NCBI GenBank assembly: GCA_046726415.1
Contig: JBKPAK010000197.1
Coordinates: forward strand, 1 to 21,486
Direction: 5' to 3'
DNA from: Candidatus Methylomirabilota bacterium
Lineage (GTDB): Bacteria > Methylomirabilota > Methylomirabilia > Rokubacteriales > CSP1-6
Length of the DNA: 21,486 bases
The position numbers were made by a program, and so were the translations under genes. The notes beneath the pieces were generated by a model. It was not told the origin of the DNA. It saw only the letters and a program-made list of their open reading frames with translations, and searched no databases. Position 1 is the first letter of the stretch; the number at the start of each line of letters is the position of its first letter. This document shows positions 7,456 to 16,714 of this stretch, one piece after another.

Positions 7456-8535
7456 GTGGAAGTTTTCGCTAGCCGCCGCGCCTATGTGCGCCTCCTGGTC
7501 AAAATCGCTCTCCGAAGTGCTCTGAGACGCCAGCTGACCCCGTACAAGCTCGCCAATCTCGTTCTCAATTTTGGCTATGCGGTCCTTCGGAAGCCCGTGG
7601 TGACCGCCCTCCCCTCGGTCCTGCAGATCGATATTAACAACCGCTGCAATCTGCAATGCCCGTCGTGCCCGACCGGGTTGGGCCAGCACCCTAAAATCAC
7701 GGGCGAGATGAGTTACGATTCTTTTTGTCGCATTGTCGACGAAGTGCAACACCATGTCTTTCTCATTGTTCTGTATAACTCCGGTGAGCCGTTCATGCAT
7801 AAGGACGTGTACCGCATGATCGAATACGCCCACCGTCGTCACATTGCCGTGGTGACCAGCACCAATGGCCACTTCTTTCATGGCGGCACCCATGCCCAGC
7901 AACTCGTGGCCAGCGGGCTGGATGTATTGATTGTCTCCATCTCGGGGATTTCGCAAGAGATATATTCCCGCTACCATGTGAATGGTCACGTGCGGCAGGT
8001 GATCGAGGGCTTGCGGAAGCTCACCGCCGCCAAGCGGGCATTGAAGAGCGACACGCCGGCTATCATTCTGCGATATTTGACCTTCGATTACAATCGCCGG
8101 GAATTGGGGAGCGCCCAACGTCTGGCCCGGGAATTGGGGGTGGACTATCTGAACATTCGCCAGGCGGCCTCGCCGGAGGAGTACCAGATGGTGCAGCGCG
8201 CGACCTCCTCCCCGGACGACGTGCGAGATCGCGTTGACATCAAGAACCACTGCTTTTGGCTGTGGTCGCTGCCCATGGTGCAATATGATGGCGATGTCAA
8301 GCCCTGCTGCTTTCTTACCTTGAATCCGCCCGATCAGGGAAACGTCTTTCGAGATGGGGGCGTGAGCAAGGTGTGGCGGGGGGAGCGATTCCGAGCCTTT
8401 CGGCGGGCCATGCTGACCGACAAGGGCAACATCCCATCGTGTAAGAACTGCCCCTCGTTTCCCGGTGTGCAAGACTACTCATTGGAGAAATTCCTGTCAC
8501 GCTTCCGCCAGCGACCAGCCACCACGGTACGCTGA
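7456..8535 (+). CDS. Radical SAM protein with SPASM/twitch domain
   Basis: CxxxCxxC (RCNLQCPSC), LYNSGEPFMH, STNG, and C-terminal C..DGDVKPCC..CKNC. GTG 7456 has AGGAG 7 nt upstream. The ORF-track N-terminal extension to 6799 is low-complexity and overlaps the Tat gene. Confidence 0.93.
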   Translation: MEVFASRRAYVRLLVKIALRSALRRQLTPYKLANLVLNFGYAVLRKPVVTALPSVLQIDINNRCNLQCPSCPTGLGQHPKITGEMSYDSFCRIVDEVQHHVFLIVLYNSGEPFMHKDVYRMIEYAHRRHIAVVTSTNGHFFHGGTHAQQLVASGLDVLIVSISGISQEIYSRYHVNGHVRQVIEGLRKLTAAKRALKSDTPAIILRYLTFDYNRRELGSAQRLARELGVDYLNIRQAASPEEYQMVQRATSSPDDVRDRVDIKNHCFWLWSLPMVQYDGDVKPCCFLTLNPPDQGNVFRDGGVSKVWRGERFRAFRRAMLTDKGNIPSCKNCPSFPGVQDYSLEKFLSRFRQRPATTVR

Positions 8536-8643
8536 CATGTCTCAGGGCCCGACCCGGACCGATCGGGGGCCCATCGCTCTCCCGCCCTGCATGACTCCCC
8601 CACCGTCCCCCGAAGGCGATGCGAATTCCCGTCGGGTCTCACC

Positions 8644-10935
8644 CTGAAGCGATCCGCGCTTAAGCGGATCGCCTTCCCGGCGGGGATTCTCGCCGCCTAC
8701 GGGGTCCTGGCCCTCGTCCTGACCTATCCCGTGATGCGGCACCCCCACTCCACCATTCCGATCGATCATCAGATTCCAGGGTGGGCTCCTGGAGACGGTG
8801 ATCCATGGCAGTCGCTGTGGGCCCTCTGGCTGGTGAGGCGCTCGCTGGTCAGCACGGGCCGTCTTCCACTCGTCACCGACCTCATCTTCTATCCCCTCGG
8901 CGCCGATCTCTGGTACGTCTTGCTGATCCTCCCGCCGGCGGCGGTGGCCCTCGCCCTTTGGGAGCTCATGGGATTGATCGCGACCTACAACGTCATGGTC
9001 GTGGGGTCCCTCGCCCTCGCCGGATACGCGGCCTTCCTCCTGGTGCGCCGGGTATCGGGAAGCTCCATCGGGGCCTTCCTGGGGGGAATCGTCTTCGCGT
9101 TCTCACCGTATCACCTGGCCCATTCGCTGGAACACGTCTTCCTGTTGGTCAGCTCGGTTTCGGTGCCGCTGTACGTGCTCTTTCTCATCCGCACGCTCGA
9201 GGAGGGGCAGACCGGCAACGTCGTCCTCGCCACGCTGTGGCTCGTGTTGGCCGGAATGTCCAACCCCTACTACGCGGCTGCACTCGCTCTGTTCACCGTC
9301 CTTCTGGTGGGCGCCACCGTGGCCGAGGCGGGGCGACGCCTTGGGCGTCAAGCGGTCCGCCGGTACACGACCGCGCTTGTCCCCGTCAGCGCGGTCGTCG
9401 TGGTGCCGTACTGCATCTGGCTCGTGCGCCAAACGGCCGGCGACACCGCCCTCGCGCCCTCCCTGGCGCAGGTGAACCAGTTCAGTGCGGATCTCCTGGC
9501 GTTCCTCGTGCCGAGCTCGCTGCACCCGCTGTGGGGGGCGTCGACGGCCCCACTCTATGCGCGCTTGCCGGGCAATCGGTTCGAGCAGACCGTGTATCTC
9601 GGATATCTCGGCCTCGCCTTGGCCGGATTTGCCTTCGCGAAGCGCCGGCCTCAAGCGGGATTGTGGGCACTGTCGGCGGCGGTGTTCACCGTACTCTCCC
9701 TCGGCGCCCTCCTGCATGTGGGAGGGCGGTGGATGTTCGATATCGAGGGCGTGCCGATCACCTTCCCCCTTCCCGGACTCCTCCTGCAATTCCTGCCGGG
9801 CGTGGGCGCGCTCCGCGCGCTGAGCCGCTTCACCGTGATGGTCATGCTGTCGCTGGCCGTGTTGGTCGGTCTCGGGATCGCGGCCCTGGTCGACCATCTC
9901 AGCGTCCGGCGCTCACGCCCGCTCGTGGTGAGCGCGGTAGGAGGCCTGGTCGGCCTCGCCATCCTCGTCGAGTACCTCTGCATTCCGCTGCCCGTGCTCC
10001 CCACCGAGATGCCTCGGGTGTTCGAGGCCATGGGCGCCGAGGCAGGACCTCGCGGCAGCCTGCTCGACGTTCCCCTCGACCCGCGCATTGCGAAGTATCA
10101 GTACTTCCAAACGGCGCACCAGAAGCCATTGATCTCAGGCCACGTTCCGCGCCTGGGTTTGGCCCTGGCCCGTCAGACGGATGGGATACCATTCCTGCGG
10201 TTCTTCCAGAATCCCAGTGGTCAGTGCGGGGTCCCCTCCCTCCAATTCTTCCAAATGCCCGGAGGGCCGTGCGGTGAAGCTCAAGACGCCTGGAGCAACG
10301 TGGCGGCCCTTCGCGTGGTCGATCTCTTCAACCTAGATACGATCGTCCTCCACGGCGAGTACCTGGATGCGGCCACGGTGGCGCGGGCGCGGGCGGTGGT
10401 GGTAGAGCATTTCCCGGTCGACCGGATCCTCGAGGATGGAAGCCTCACTGTTCTTCGACTTCAGCGGGGTCATGACCGCCTCGCGGTCTGGCCACCGAGC
10501 GCCTACCAGTTCGACTTCGGCCCATCGTCATCACGCTTCTTTCTCGCCAAGGGATGGTGGCCACCAGAGCAGGCCGGCGCCGTCGGGATGGCGTGGTCGA
10601 TGGGGCGCGAATCGACACTTGGTTTCTTCCTGCCCCAGGCGTGGGCACTGACCATGGAGCTTCGACTCATGCCATTCGTCTTCCCATCCGCCCCGGCCCC
10701 GCGCATCACGGTGGACCTCAACAGACGCGTCCTCGGCGAGATCGAGCTGCCGCGCGAGTGGGTTTGGCGCACGCACTCGCTGACGATTCCCGCTTCTGCG
10801 GTGAGATCGGGGATCAATGCCCTGCGCTTCACCTACGCGTACACCGCCGCCCCCAATGCCGTCGTTCCCGGCAACAAGGACACGCGTGAGCTGGCGGTTG
10901 CCTTCAGCCGCGTCGTCCTGCGGCCGGAGCCCTAA
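8644..10935 (+). CDS. Large polytopic membrane protein, GT-C / YfhO-like glycosyltransferase candidate with a C-terminal beta-rich domain
   Basis: Many TM segments; motifs GDPWQSLW, IFYPLG, FAFSPYH, VYLG, RFTVM, YFQTAHQKPLISG. The frame is open upstream of GTG 8731 and encodes a further TM helix (GILAAYGVLALVLTYP). Start is unresolved (CTG 8644 shown). Confidence 0.8.
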   Translation: MKRSALKRIAFPAGILAAYGVLALVLTYPVMRHPHSTIPIDHQIPGWAPGDGDPWQSLWALWLVRRSLVSTGRLPLVTDLIFYPLGADLWYVLLILPPAAVALALWELMGLIATYNVMVVGSLALAGYAAFLLVRRVSGSSIGAFLGGIVFAFSPYHLAHSLEHVFLLVSSVSVPLYVLFLIRTLEEGQTGNVVLATLWLVLAGMSNPYYAAALALFTVLLVGATVAEAGRRLGRQAVRRYTTALVPVSAVVVVPYCIWLVRQTAGDTALAPSLAQVNQFSADLLAFLVPSSLHPLWGASTAPLYARLPGNRFEQTVYLGYLGLALAGFAFAKRRPQAGLWALSAAVFTVLSLGALLHVGGRWMFDIEGVPITFPLPGLLLQFLPGVGALRALSRFTVMVMLSLAVLVGLGIAALVDHLSVRRSRPLVVSAVGGLVGLAILVEYLCIPLPVLPTEMPRVFEAMGAEAGPRGSLLDVPLDPRIAKYQYFQTAHQKPLISGHVPRLGLALARQTDGIPFLRFFQNPSGQCGVPSLQFFQMPGGPCGEAQDAWSNVAALRVVDLFNLDTIVLHGEYLDAATVARARAVVVEHFPVDRILEDGSLTVLRLQRGHDRLAVWPPSAYQFDFGPSSSRFFLAKGWWPPEQAGAVGMAWSMGRESTLGFFLPQAWALTMELRLMPFVFPSAPAPRITVDLNRRVLGEIELPREWVWRTHSLTIPASAVRSGINALRFTYAYTAAPNAVVPGNKDTRELAVAFSRVVLRPEP

Positions 10936-11234
10936 GTCGATCCCATCACCGAGCTGATGACGTCCGCGTGTCGCTGTCGGCGGCCGGTCCCGGCAGATAC
11001 CATCGATGACGACGCCGTCCTCGAAACCCTCGACATCCACGGCCTCGCCGACCACGCCGCGACGCCGCTGATACCACTGGCGGGAGCGGCCACTCCGGAC
11101 ACTCGCTCGACCGGGTCGTGTCCCGTGCCACGCGTGACGTCCGGAAACGAACCATCGCCGCCCGGCCGCACGGAGTCAAGCACATCGTGTTCGACGGATT
11201 GTCCGCGACAGACGGCCGCTCCGGCCACCACCTT

Positions 11235-12407
11235 TCAGTGTCGCCGGGCTGTGATGACTTTATGCAGGGCCCGGGAGACGTCGTCGAGATCGCTCGGGGC
11301 CATCTTGGGGTAGAGCGGTAACGACAGGAGCCGCTCTGAAACATCCTCCGCCACCGGCAGGTCGCCGCGCGCGAGCGCATATCGCTCCCGGTAATAGGGA
11401 TGGAGGGAGAGGGATCGAAAATGGATGCCGGTCCCGATGCCCTCGGTGCGCAGATCGGCCATGACCGCGTCGCGGCCCCCGCGGAGGTGATCCGTGTCGA
11501 GCACGATCACGAAGAGGTGATGGGCATGCCGAACTCCCGCCTCCTCGCCGAGTGATCGGATTTCGGGAATATCGGCGAGAGCCAGTCGGTAGCGGCGCAC
11601 GTAGGCGGCGCGGACGTGCCACCACGACTCCAGGAATTCGAGCTGGGCGAGGCCGAGTGCCGCCTGAATGTCGAACATGTTGTATTTATAACCGGGCGCC
11701 AGCGTTTCCCAGAGCAGCGGTCCGTCCTTGGCGTAGCGCTTCCACGCGTCTTTGCTGATGCCGTGAAGACTCAGAAGGCGGGCCCGTTCGGCCAACGCAT
11801 CGTCGTCCGTGGTCAGCAGGCCGCCCTCGCCCGTCGTGAGGTTCTTGGTGGCGTAGAAGCTGAACGCGGTGAAGTCGCCGATGGATCCTACTTTTCCGGC
11901 GGTGGAGGCGGACTCGATGGCGTGGGCCGCATCTTCGATGACCCGGAGACCATGCCGGCGGGCGATGGCGAGGATGGCGTCCATTCGGCACGGATGACCG
12001 GCGAAATGGACGGGAAGGATGGCTCGCGTGCTTGGCGTGATGCGCGCCTCGATCTGTGCCGGATCGATGTTCAGGGTATTGGGATCCACGTCGGCAAAGA
12101 CGGGCCGGGCGCCCTGATGAATGATGACATTGGCGCTGGCCGGAAACGCGATGGGCGACGTGATGACCTCATCGCCCGGTCCGATGCCGAGCGTCACCAA
12201 CGCCAGGTGCAGGCCTGCCGTGCACGAGCTCAGGCCGATGGCGTGTCGCGCCCCCACATACTTGGCGAACGCGCGCTCGAACGCTTCGGTCCGGGGACCC
12301 CGGGTGAGCCAACCGGACTCCAGGACCTCGACCACCGCCTTGATCGACGACCCCTCGATCCACGGCTGGTGGAACGGAAGAAAGTCGGGGCGAACGGGGT
12401 CACTCAC
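11235..12407 (-). CDS. DegT/DnrJ/EryC1/StrS family PLP-dependent sugar aminotransferase
   Basis: SGWLTRGP, SSCTAGLHLAL, IEDAAHA, FSFYATKNLTTGEGG (PLP lysine) and GYKYNM. GTG 12407 is preceded by AAGGAGG. Confidence 0.96.
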   Translation of the reverse strand: MSDPVRPDFLPFHQPWIEGSSIKAVVEVLESGWLTRGPRTEAFERAFAKYVGARHAIGLSSCTAGLHLALVTLGIGPGDEVITSPIAFPASANVIIHQGARPVFADVDPNTLNIDPAQIEARITPSTRAILPVHFAGHPCRMDAILAIARRHGLRVIEDAAHAIESASTAGKVGSIGDFTAFSFYATKNLTTGEGGLLTTDDDALAERARLLSLHGISKDAWKRYAKDGPLLWETLAPGYKYNMFDIQAALGLAQLEFLESWWHVRAAYVRRYRLALADIPEIRSLGEEAGVRHAHHLFVIVLDTDHLRGGRDAVMADLRTEGIGTGIHFRSLSLHPYYRERYALARGDLPVAEDVSERLLSLPLYPKMAPSDLDDVSRALHKVITARRH

Positions 12408-12473
12408 GCGCGTGTCCTCCTTGCGAGCTGCCAGACCTTCGGCTACGGCGCCGTCCATCCGGCTCGCCAAGCC

Positions 12474-12491
12474 GGTCCAGCCGGCTGGACC
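12474..12491. promoter_or_regulatory. Perfect 18-bp palindrome upstream of the aminotransferase
   Basis: GGTCCAGCC/GGCTGGACC, lying 6 nt downstream of a minus-strand TAACCT (12498-12503). Confidence 0.45.
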
Positions 12492-12551
12492 ACGCAAAGG
12501 TTACCCCAGGTGCTGGCCCCTCGATATCCAGGGTTCCGCCACGATGAAGCA

Positions 12552-14336
12552 TCATGGTGGCTGTGCCGGCGGGAAGTAGTAGAGGAGCAAGCCCTTACCA
12601 ACGCGCTCGGTGGGCTTGATCAGCTCTGGCCACAGCGCCCCCTGTGCCCCTTCGCCCTCTACCCCCATGCGCATGCTGTAGAGAACGGTGAGCGAGACGG
12701 CATTCCACCCAGGCGAAGGGGTCACCGGATCGATTTCGCGGAGCGGCGGGAACCCGGCGACCAGTTCGAGACTGGCACGGACCACGTCACGCCTCGATGG
12801 CTCGAAGGGCGGCAGGGCGGCGACCTCAGTCGCCCCCACTTCCTGCAGGTGTTTGGCCAAACGCTTCAGGTCCTGCCCCCAATCAAGGTCAGAGTCAACG
12901 AGAATCTTCTCGGGCTCGCGACCCGCGATGGCATTGAAGTACGGAAGATAATCTGGGTGGCTGACGCCGACCGAGACAGTGAACCAGGCGAGGGCGCCTA
13001 TCACCGCCGCGGCGAACGCTCTCCGCGTGCGCCATCGACGCATCCCCTCAACGGCGAAGACCGCGGCCAGGATCGCGAGCCCGATATAGATGGCGAGAAT
13101 GTGGCGGGTACCGATGTTAATGCGACTGGGCAGCACGCACAGGAGGAGGCCCACGGCGTAGGCCAGCGGCCAGCGAACGGGCGTCCTCCTCAGGGCCATG
13201 GCGCTGCCGCCGAGGACCAGGAAGAGAAACGCGAGCGGGGTTTTAACGGCCAGCGCGAGGGGGAAAAAGTACCACCACCCACTGGGGCTGCGTTGACCGA
13301 GAAGATAGCTGGCGTGGCCCCCGCGATTATGCTCTATGAGCGCGGCGACACCGCTATAGAGTTCGGGGGCGGGAAGCCAGACGCCGGCAAAGTGAACCGG
13401 GCCCACCGAGAAGCGGTACCCAGCCCAAATGGTCAGCCCAGCGGCGATCAGGCTCAGGGGAAGCAGCGCCAGCCGTGGGCGGGCGGCGGCCAGCAAGCGG
13501 TGGGCTGACGGGCGTTCGCTGAGCACATACCATGCGCCCATGGTCAGAAGGGCTGATGGGAGGAAGACGAGAGACGAAAACTTTGAGAGAACAGCGAGAC
13601 CGAGACAAGTCCCCATCAGCAGCGTGTGGCCGACCGTGGGTTTCTCCAGCCAGACCAGCGCCGTGTATGCACTGGCCCCGACGAAGGCGGTCACCGCCAT
13701 GTCGTTCGTGGCCAATCCTGAATGCGCCAGTATCGCTGGCAACTGCGTGAACAAGAATACCGCCATGACCGCCACCATCGCGTCAAAATAGCGCCGACTC
13801 CACGCATAGATCACCCAGGCACTGATCCAGAGAAACGGGAGCGTGCCGACTCGAGCGAGGGTCAGGACTCGATCGTAGTGTGCCCCGAGAATCGCGACAC
13901 CCTCCCGGATGTCATGATGATCGCGCCTGGGTTCGCCTGCCCGGTGACTCCGCTCACCGGCCAGATAGGGCCCCAACGCGGTCATCACGCGCGCCAAGGG
14001 CGGATGCTTGGGTTCGATCGTATAGACCTTCTGATCGAGCCACTCCATGCCACCGGCGATGTGGCTGGGCTCGTCGTAGGTGTGGCTGAAGACCGGATAC
14101 GTGAGGATGACCCTGACCGTGGCGATGACGATCAGCGTGAGCGAGACGACCAGCGCATGCCGCTCAACATACTGACACCACGATCGATGCGGGGCCTGTG
14201 ATCTCTCGCTGTCCGAACGTGGCAGACCCGAGCCGGCACGTTTATAGAATGGCATACGCGCCACCAGCGAGAACGCGAGAGCGAAGCTTCTGACCCCGCG
14301 CGGGTGGGGGTTCAAGCTTTCTGGGACCGGATTCAT
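12552..14336 (-). CDS. GT-C glycosyltransferase (ArnT/PMT_2, family 39/83-like)
   Basis: First TM followed by TYDEPSH, then HPPLAR, LATND, LAVLSKFS, GWWYFF..KTP, NIGTRH and DSDLDWGQDL. Start may be later (e.g. ATG 14255). Confidence 0.9.
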   Translation of the reverse strand: MNPVPESLNPHPRGVRSFALAFSLVARMPFYKRAGSGLPRSDSERSQAPHRSWCQYVERHALVVSLTLIVIATVRVILTYPVFSHTYDEPSHIAGGMEWLDQKVYTIEPKHPPLARVMTALGPYLAGERSHRAGEPRRDHHDIREGVAILGAHYDRVLTLARVGTLPFLWISAWVIYAWSRRYFDAMVAVMAVFLFTQLPAILAHSGLATNDMAVTAFVGASAYTALVWLEKPTVGHTLLMGTCLGLAVLSKFSSLVFLPSALLTMGAWYVLSERPSAHRLLAAARPRLALLPLSLIAAGLTIWAGYRFSVGPVHFAGVWLPAPELYSGVAALIEHNRGGHASYLLGQRSPSGWWYFFPLALAVKTPLAFLFLVLGGSAMALRRTPVRWPLAYAVGLLLCVLPSRINIGTRHILAIYIGLAILAAVFAVEGMRRWRTRRAFAAAVIGALAWFTVSVGVSHPDYLPYFNAIAGREPEKILVDSDLDWGQDLKRLAKHLQEVGATEVAALPPFEPSRRDVVRASLELVAGFPPLREIDPVTPSPGWNAVSLTVLYSMRMGVEGEGAQGALWPELIKPTERVGKGLLLYYFPPAQPP

Positions 14337-14371
14337 TGTTGATGGTCGCCCCTCAAGCCCCGGCCGGCCCG

Positions 14372-14453
14372 CTCGAGGGGGGGGCGTGAGGTGGCCTCAG
14401 CTCGAGAGGGGTGCGTGAGATGGCGCTCAGCTCGAGAGGGGTGCGTGAGGTGG
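14372..14453. repeat. Tandem 29-30-bp repeat, about 2.8 copies, in a divergent intergenic region
   Basis: ctcgaggggggggcgtgaggtggcctcag (14372-14400), ctcgagaggggtgcgtgagatggcgctcag (14401-14430), ctcgagaggggtgcgtgaggtgg (14431-14453). Confidence 0.85.
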
Positions 14454-14712
14454 ATTCCCCCCCGACGATAGGGTGACCAGATCGAGGTCGGGTAGCGCGT
14501 GCGGCAGCGCCGCGACGTTGCGCGCTCCCCTTCCCCGAGCCATGTGGTCGGTACGCTTCACGTCTTGCTCCCGCTTCCCAACACGCCGGCGATGCCCCAT
14601 TGCTGAGCCGCATCCCCCTCCGCATCTTGTCGCCCTGTCGGACGCGATTGGCACGTATCCGCATCATTGTCAGCATGGCTATTCTGTGCGAGCATACGCG
14701 CCCATCGACAGG

Positions 14713-16650
14713 ATGCCGCACCGTCTGGCTCTGACGGCCATCCTCGTGGTGGCCGCCTTCCTTCGCCTCGGTCATCCCGATCTCAGCTGGTTCATGCTGG
14801 ACCAGGCGCGCGATGCTACCGTCGCCCTGGAGATCGTCCACCGGCGGTCCCTCCCGCTCGTGGGTCCCGAGGTCGCTGGAGGGCCGGCGCGTCTTTGGGG
14901 GCCGCTCTACTTCTACCTCCTGGCCATGCCCTTCGCCATTTCATCGAACCCGGCGGTGGCCGCGGCATTCCTCAGTTCCCTCAATGTCATCGCGATCTAT
15001 CTCGTCTATCGCTTCGGGCTGTCCTTCTTCAGCCCCCCGGTAGGGCTCATCGCGGCCGCCCTGTTCGCCGTCCATCCCACCGCGGTCATCAACGGGCGCG
15101 GGCTCTGGAACCTCCCACCGCTGCCACTCTTCAACATGCTGTTCTTTTGGTCGCTCTATCGACTCGTCGTCAACCGGCAGTCGATCATGGTCGTTCCCGC
15201 CCTGGCTGCGCTGGCCTGCCTCACGCAGCTCCACCTCTCGACGGTCGCGTTCTTCGTTGTGCTCGCGCTGGCCCTGCTGCTGTATTGCCCGCCGCTTCGC
15301 CCCCTTCACCTGGCCCTCGGGTTACTCACCATGCTGGCGCTCTATCTTCCCTACCTGGTGGCCCAGATGATCGGCCCGACCCCGGACATCCTGAAGCTCG
15401 TCGGGGAGACTCGAACCCACGCCACCCTCCCGCGGCGACCGTTACTACTCCTGGTGGCCCAGGTCTTCATGGCTCCCGTGGAGCTGGGGACGCGCATTGC
15501 CCGCGAGGTGGGTCCGGCGGGCTTCGCTCAGTGTTTCCGCATCGTCACGACGGCCGAAGTCGCCCTCATTGCTCTCGGCTGTATCTACGTCGTTGCCAGA
15601 CTCGCGGTGCCGCGTGAGCGGCCCGCCGCCGGGCTCTTGCTCCTCTGGTTGGGTACGCCACTCGTGGTCCTCGATCTCTTGAGCCGTCAGTTCACGTGGT
15701 ACTACTTCGACCTCCTGTATCCGGCCCCCTTTCTGGCCGCCGCCCTTCTCCTCGCCGCCTTACCCCGCGCGTGGCCGCCGGCCGCCATGGCCGCCCGCAC
15801 GGCGGTCATCGTGGTCGTGATCGCCATCATGGTTACACAGGGGATGTTTGTCGAGCGTTGGTGGGCCTTTGCGGCGCGAACCGGAAGCCTGCCGATCCCT
15901 CCGGTCCACGAGTTGGGAGCGCCAGTGGCCGAGGCGCCCATCCTGCCCCACATGTCGATGCGCGCCAGGAGGGGCGTGGCCACCGCGCTCGTGGACACGC
16001 TCGGAGGGGAGCCCGCCGCCCTGATGACGCGCGCCCACGGCGCGACCATCGCAGATTTCCTGGAGGACAAGGGGTACTTCTTCGACTGGCTTTCGGCCGG
16101 CCGTCCCCGACGCGACGGCTCGAGCCGGCACGTCGCCGTGCTGCGGGAAACTCGCGGGCCGCTTCGAGTCGTCGAGTACAGTCCCCGCATCGACTATCAG
16201 TCTTGGGCCTACGCGCTCGCGCCGACCGGCCCGTGGACCATGGTGCGGCTCCCAACCCGCGGGCGGCCCGATCGCGCCGTGTACGGGTATCCGCCGCTCT
16301 TTCGCTGGGGCGCTGGGCTCGTCTACCTCAGGGGAACGATCGACGTGCCCACGAGCCCGTGCATGGTGCGCATCGTGGTGGCTCTCCGTGACGACTATCG
16401 GGCCGGCGCGGATTTTGGGGTCGATGCCTTCATGGTCGACGATCGTCCAGTGGCGCCGGAGAGCACGGTCCGGTATGGGAGCTTGGTTGGCCGAAATCAC
16501 GAAACGATCTACGCTCTCCCACCGGCCGTCGGGGCGGGACGACACAACGTGGTCTTTCGCGTCTCCAGCCCAGGGGGGGCATTCGATCTGGACGTGTACG
16601 AAATCGACCCTTGCGTCGCCCCCACCCCAATCAGATCCGACGAGAGGTGA
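14713..16650 (+). CDS. GT-C glycosyltransferase (ArnT/PMT_2-like) with a soluble C-terminal domain
   Basis: From ATG 14713: TM ending FLRL, then FMLDQARDA, PLVGP, GPLYFYLLA, WNLP and QLH; multiple TM helices. Confidence 0.88.
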   Translation: MPHRLALTAILVVAAFLRLGHPDLSWFMLDQARDATVALEIVHRRSLPLVGPEVAGGPARLWGPLYFYLLAMPFAISSNPAVAAAFLSSLNVIAIYLVYRFGLSFFSPPVGLIAAALFAVHPTAVINGRGLWNLPPLPLFNMLFFWSLYRLVVNRQSIMVVPALAALACLTQLHLSTVAFFVVLALALLLYCPPLRPLHLALGLLTMLALYLPYLVAQMIGPTPDILKLVGETRTHATLPRRPLLLLVAQVFMAPVELGTRIAREVGPAGFAQCFRIVTTAEVALIALGCIYVVARLAVPRERPAAGLLLLWLGTPLVVLDLLSRQFTWYYFDLLYPAPFLAAALLLAALPRAWPPAAMAARTAVIVVVIAIMVTQGMFVERWWAFAARTGSLPIPPVHELGAPVAEAPILPHMSMRARRGVATALVDTLGGEPAALMTRAHGATIADFLEDKGYFFDWLSAGRPRRDGSSRHVAVLRETRGPLRVVEYSPRIDYQSWAYALAPTGPWTMVRLPTRGRPDRAVYGYPPLFRWGAGLVYLRGTIDVPTSPCMVRIVVALRDDYRAGADFGVDAFMVDDRPVAPESTVRYGSLVGRNHETIYALPPAVGAGRHNVVFRVSSPGGAFDLDVYEIDPCVAPTPIRSDER

Positions 16651-16699
16651 TGCCGCCCCGGCTCCTCGGTGACTCCGGATATCACCACCCCAACCCCGC

Positions 16700-16705
16700 T
16701 ATAAT
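16700..16705 (+). promoter_or_regulatory. Perfect -10 box TATAAT 9 nt upstream of the SDR start codon
   Basis: GCTATAATccccccTccATG with no Shine-Dalgarno sequence. Confidence 0.6.
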
Positions 16706-16714
16706 CCCCCCTCC

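Noticed and set aside
8533-8575. Selenocysteine readthrough (TGA followed by a hairpin)
   Set aside because: The TGA follows a complete SPASM domain in a low-complexity linker rather than a Cys-equivalent site, and the hairpin is unremarkable at this GC content.
10936-11234. Possible small gene or remnant between convergent genes
   Set aside because: ORFs exist in several frames, but none has a recognisable motif or convincing composition.
11616-13508. 630-aa plus-strand ORF and other long antisense ORFs (e.g. 912-2129, 2126-3196, 16682-18025, 7390-8472)
   Set aside because: These are shadow frames of well-supported genes on the other strand or frame, with Arg/Pro/Gly-rich translations and no motifs.
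14372-14453. CRISPR array
   Set aside because: The units are directly adjacent with no unique spacers, and there are no cas genes in the window.
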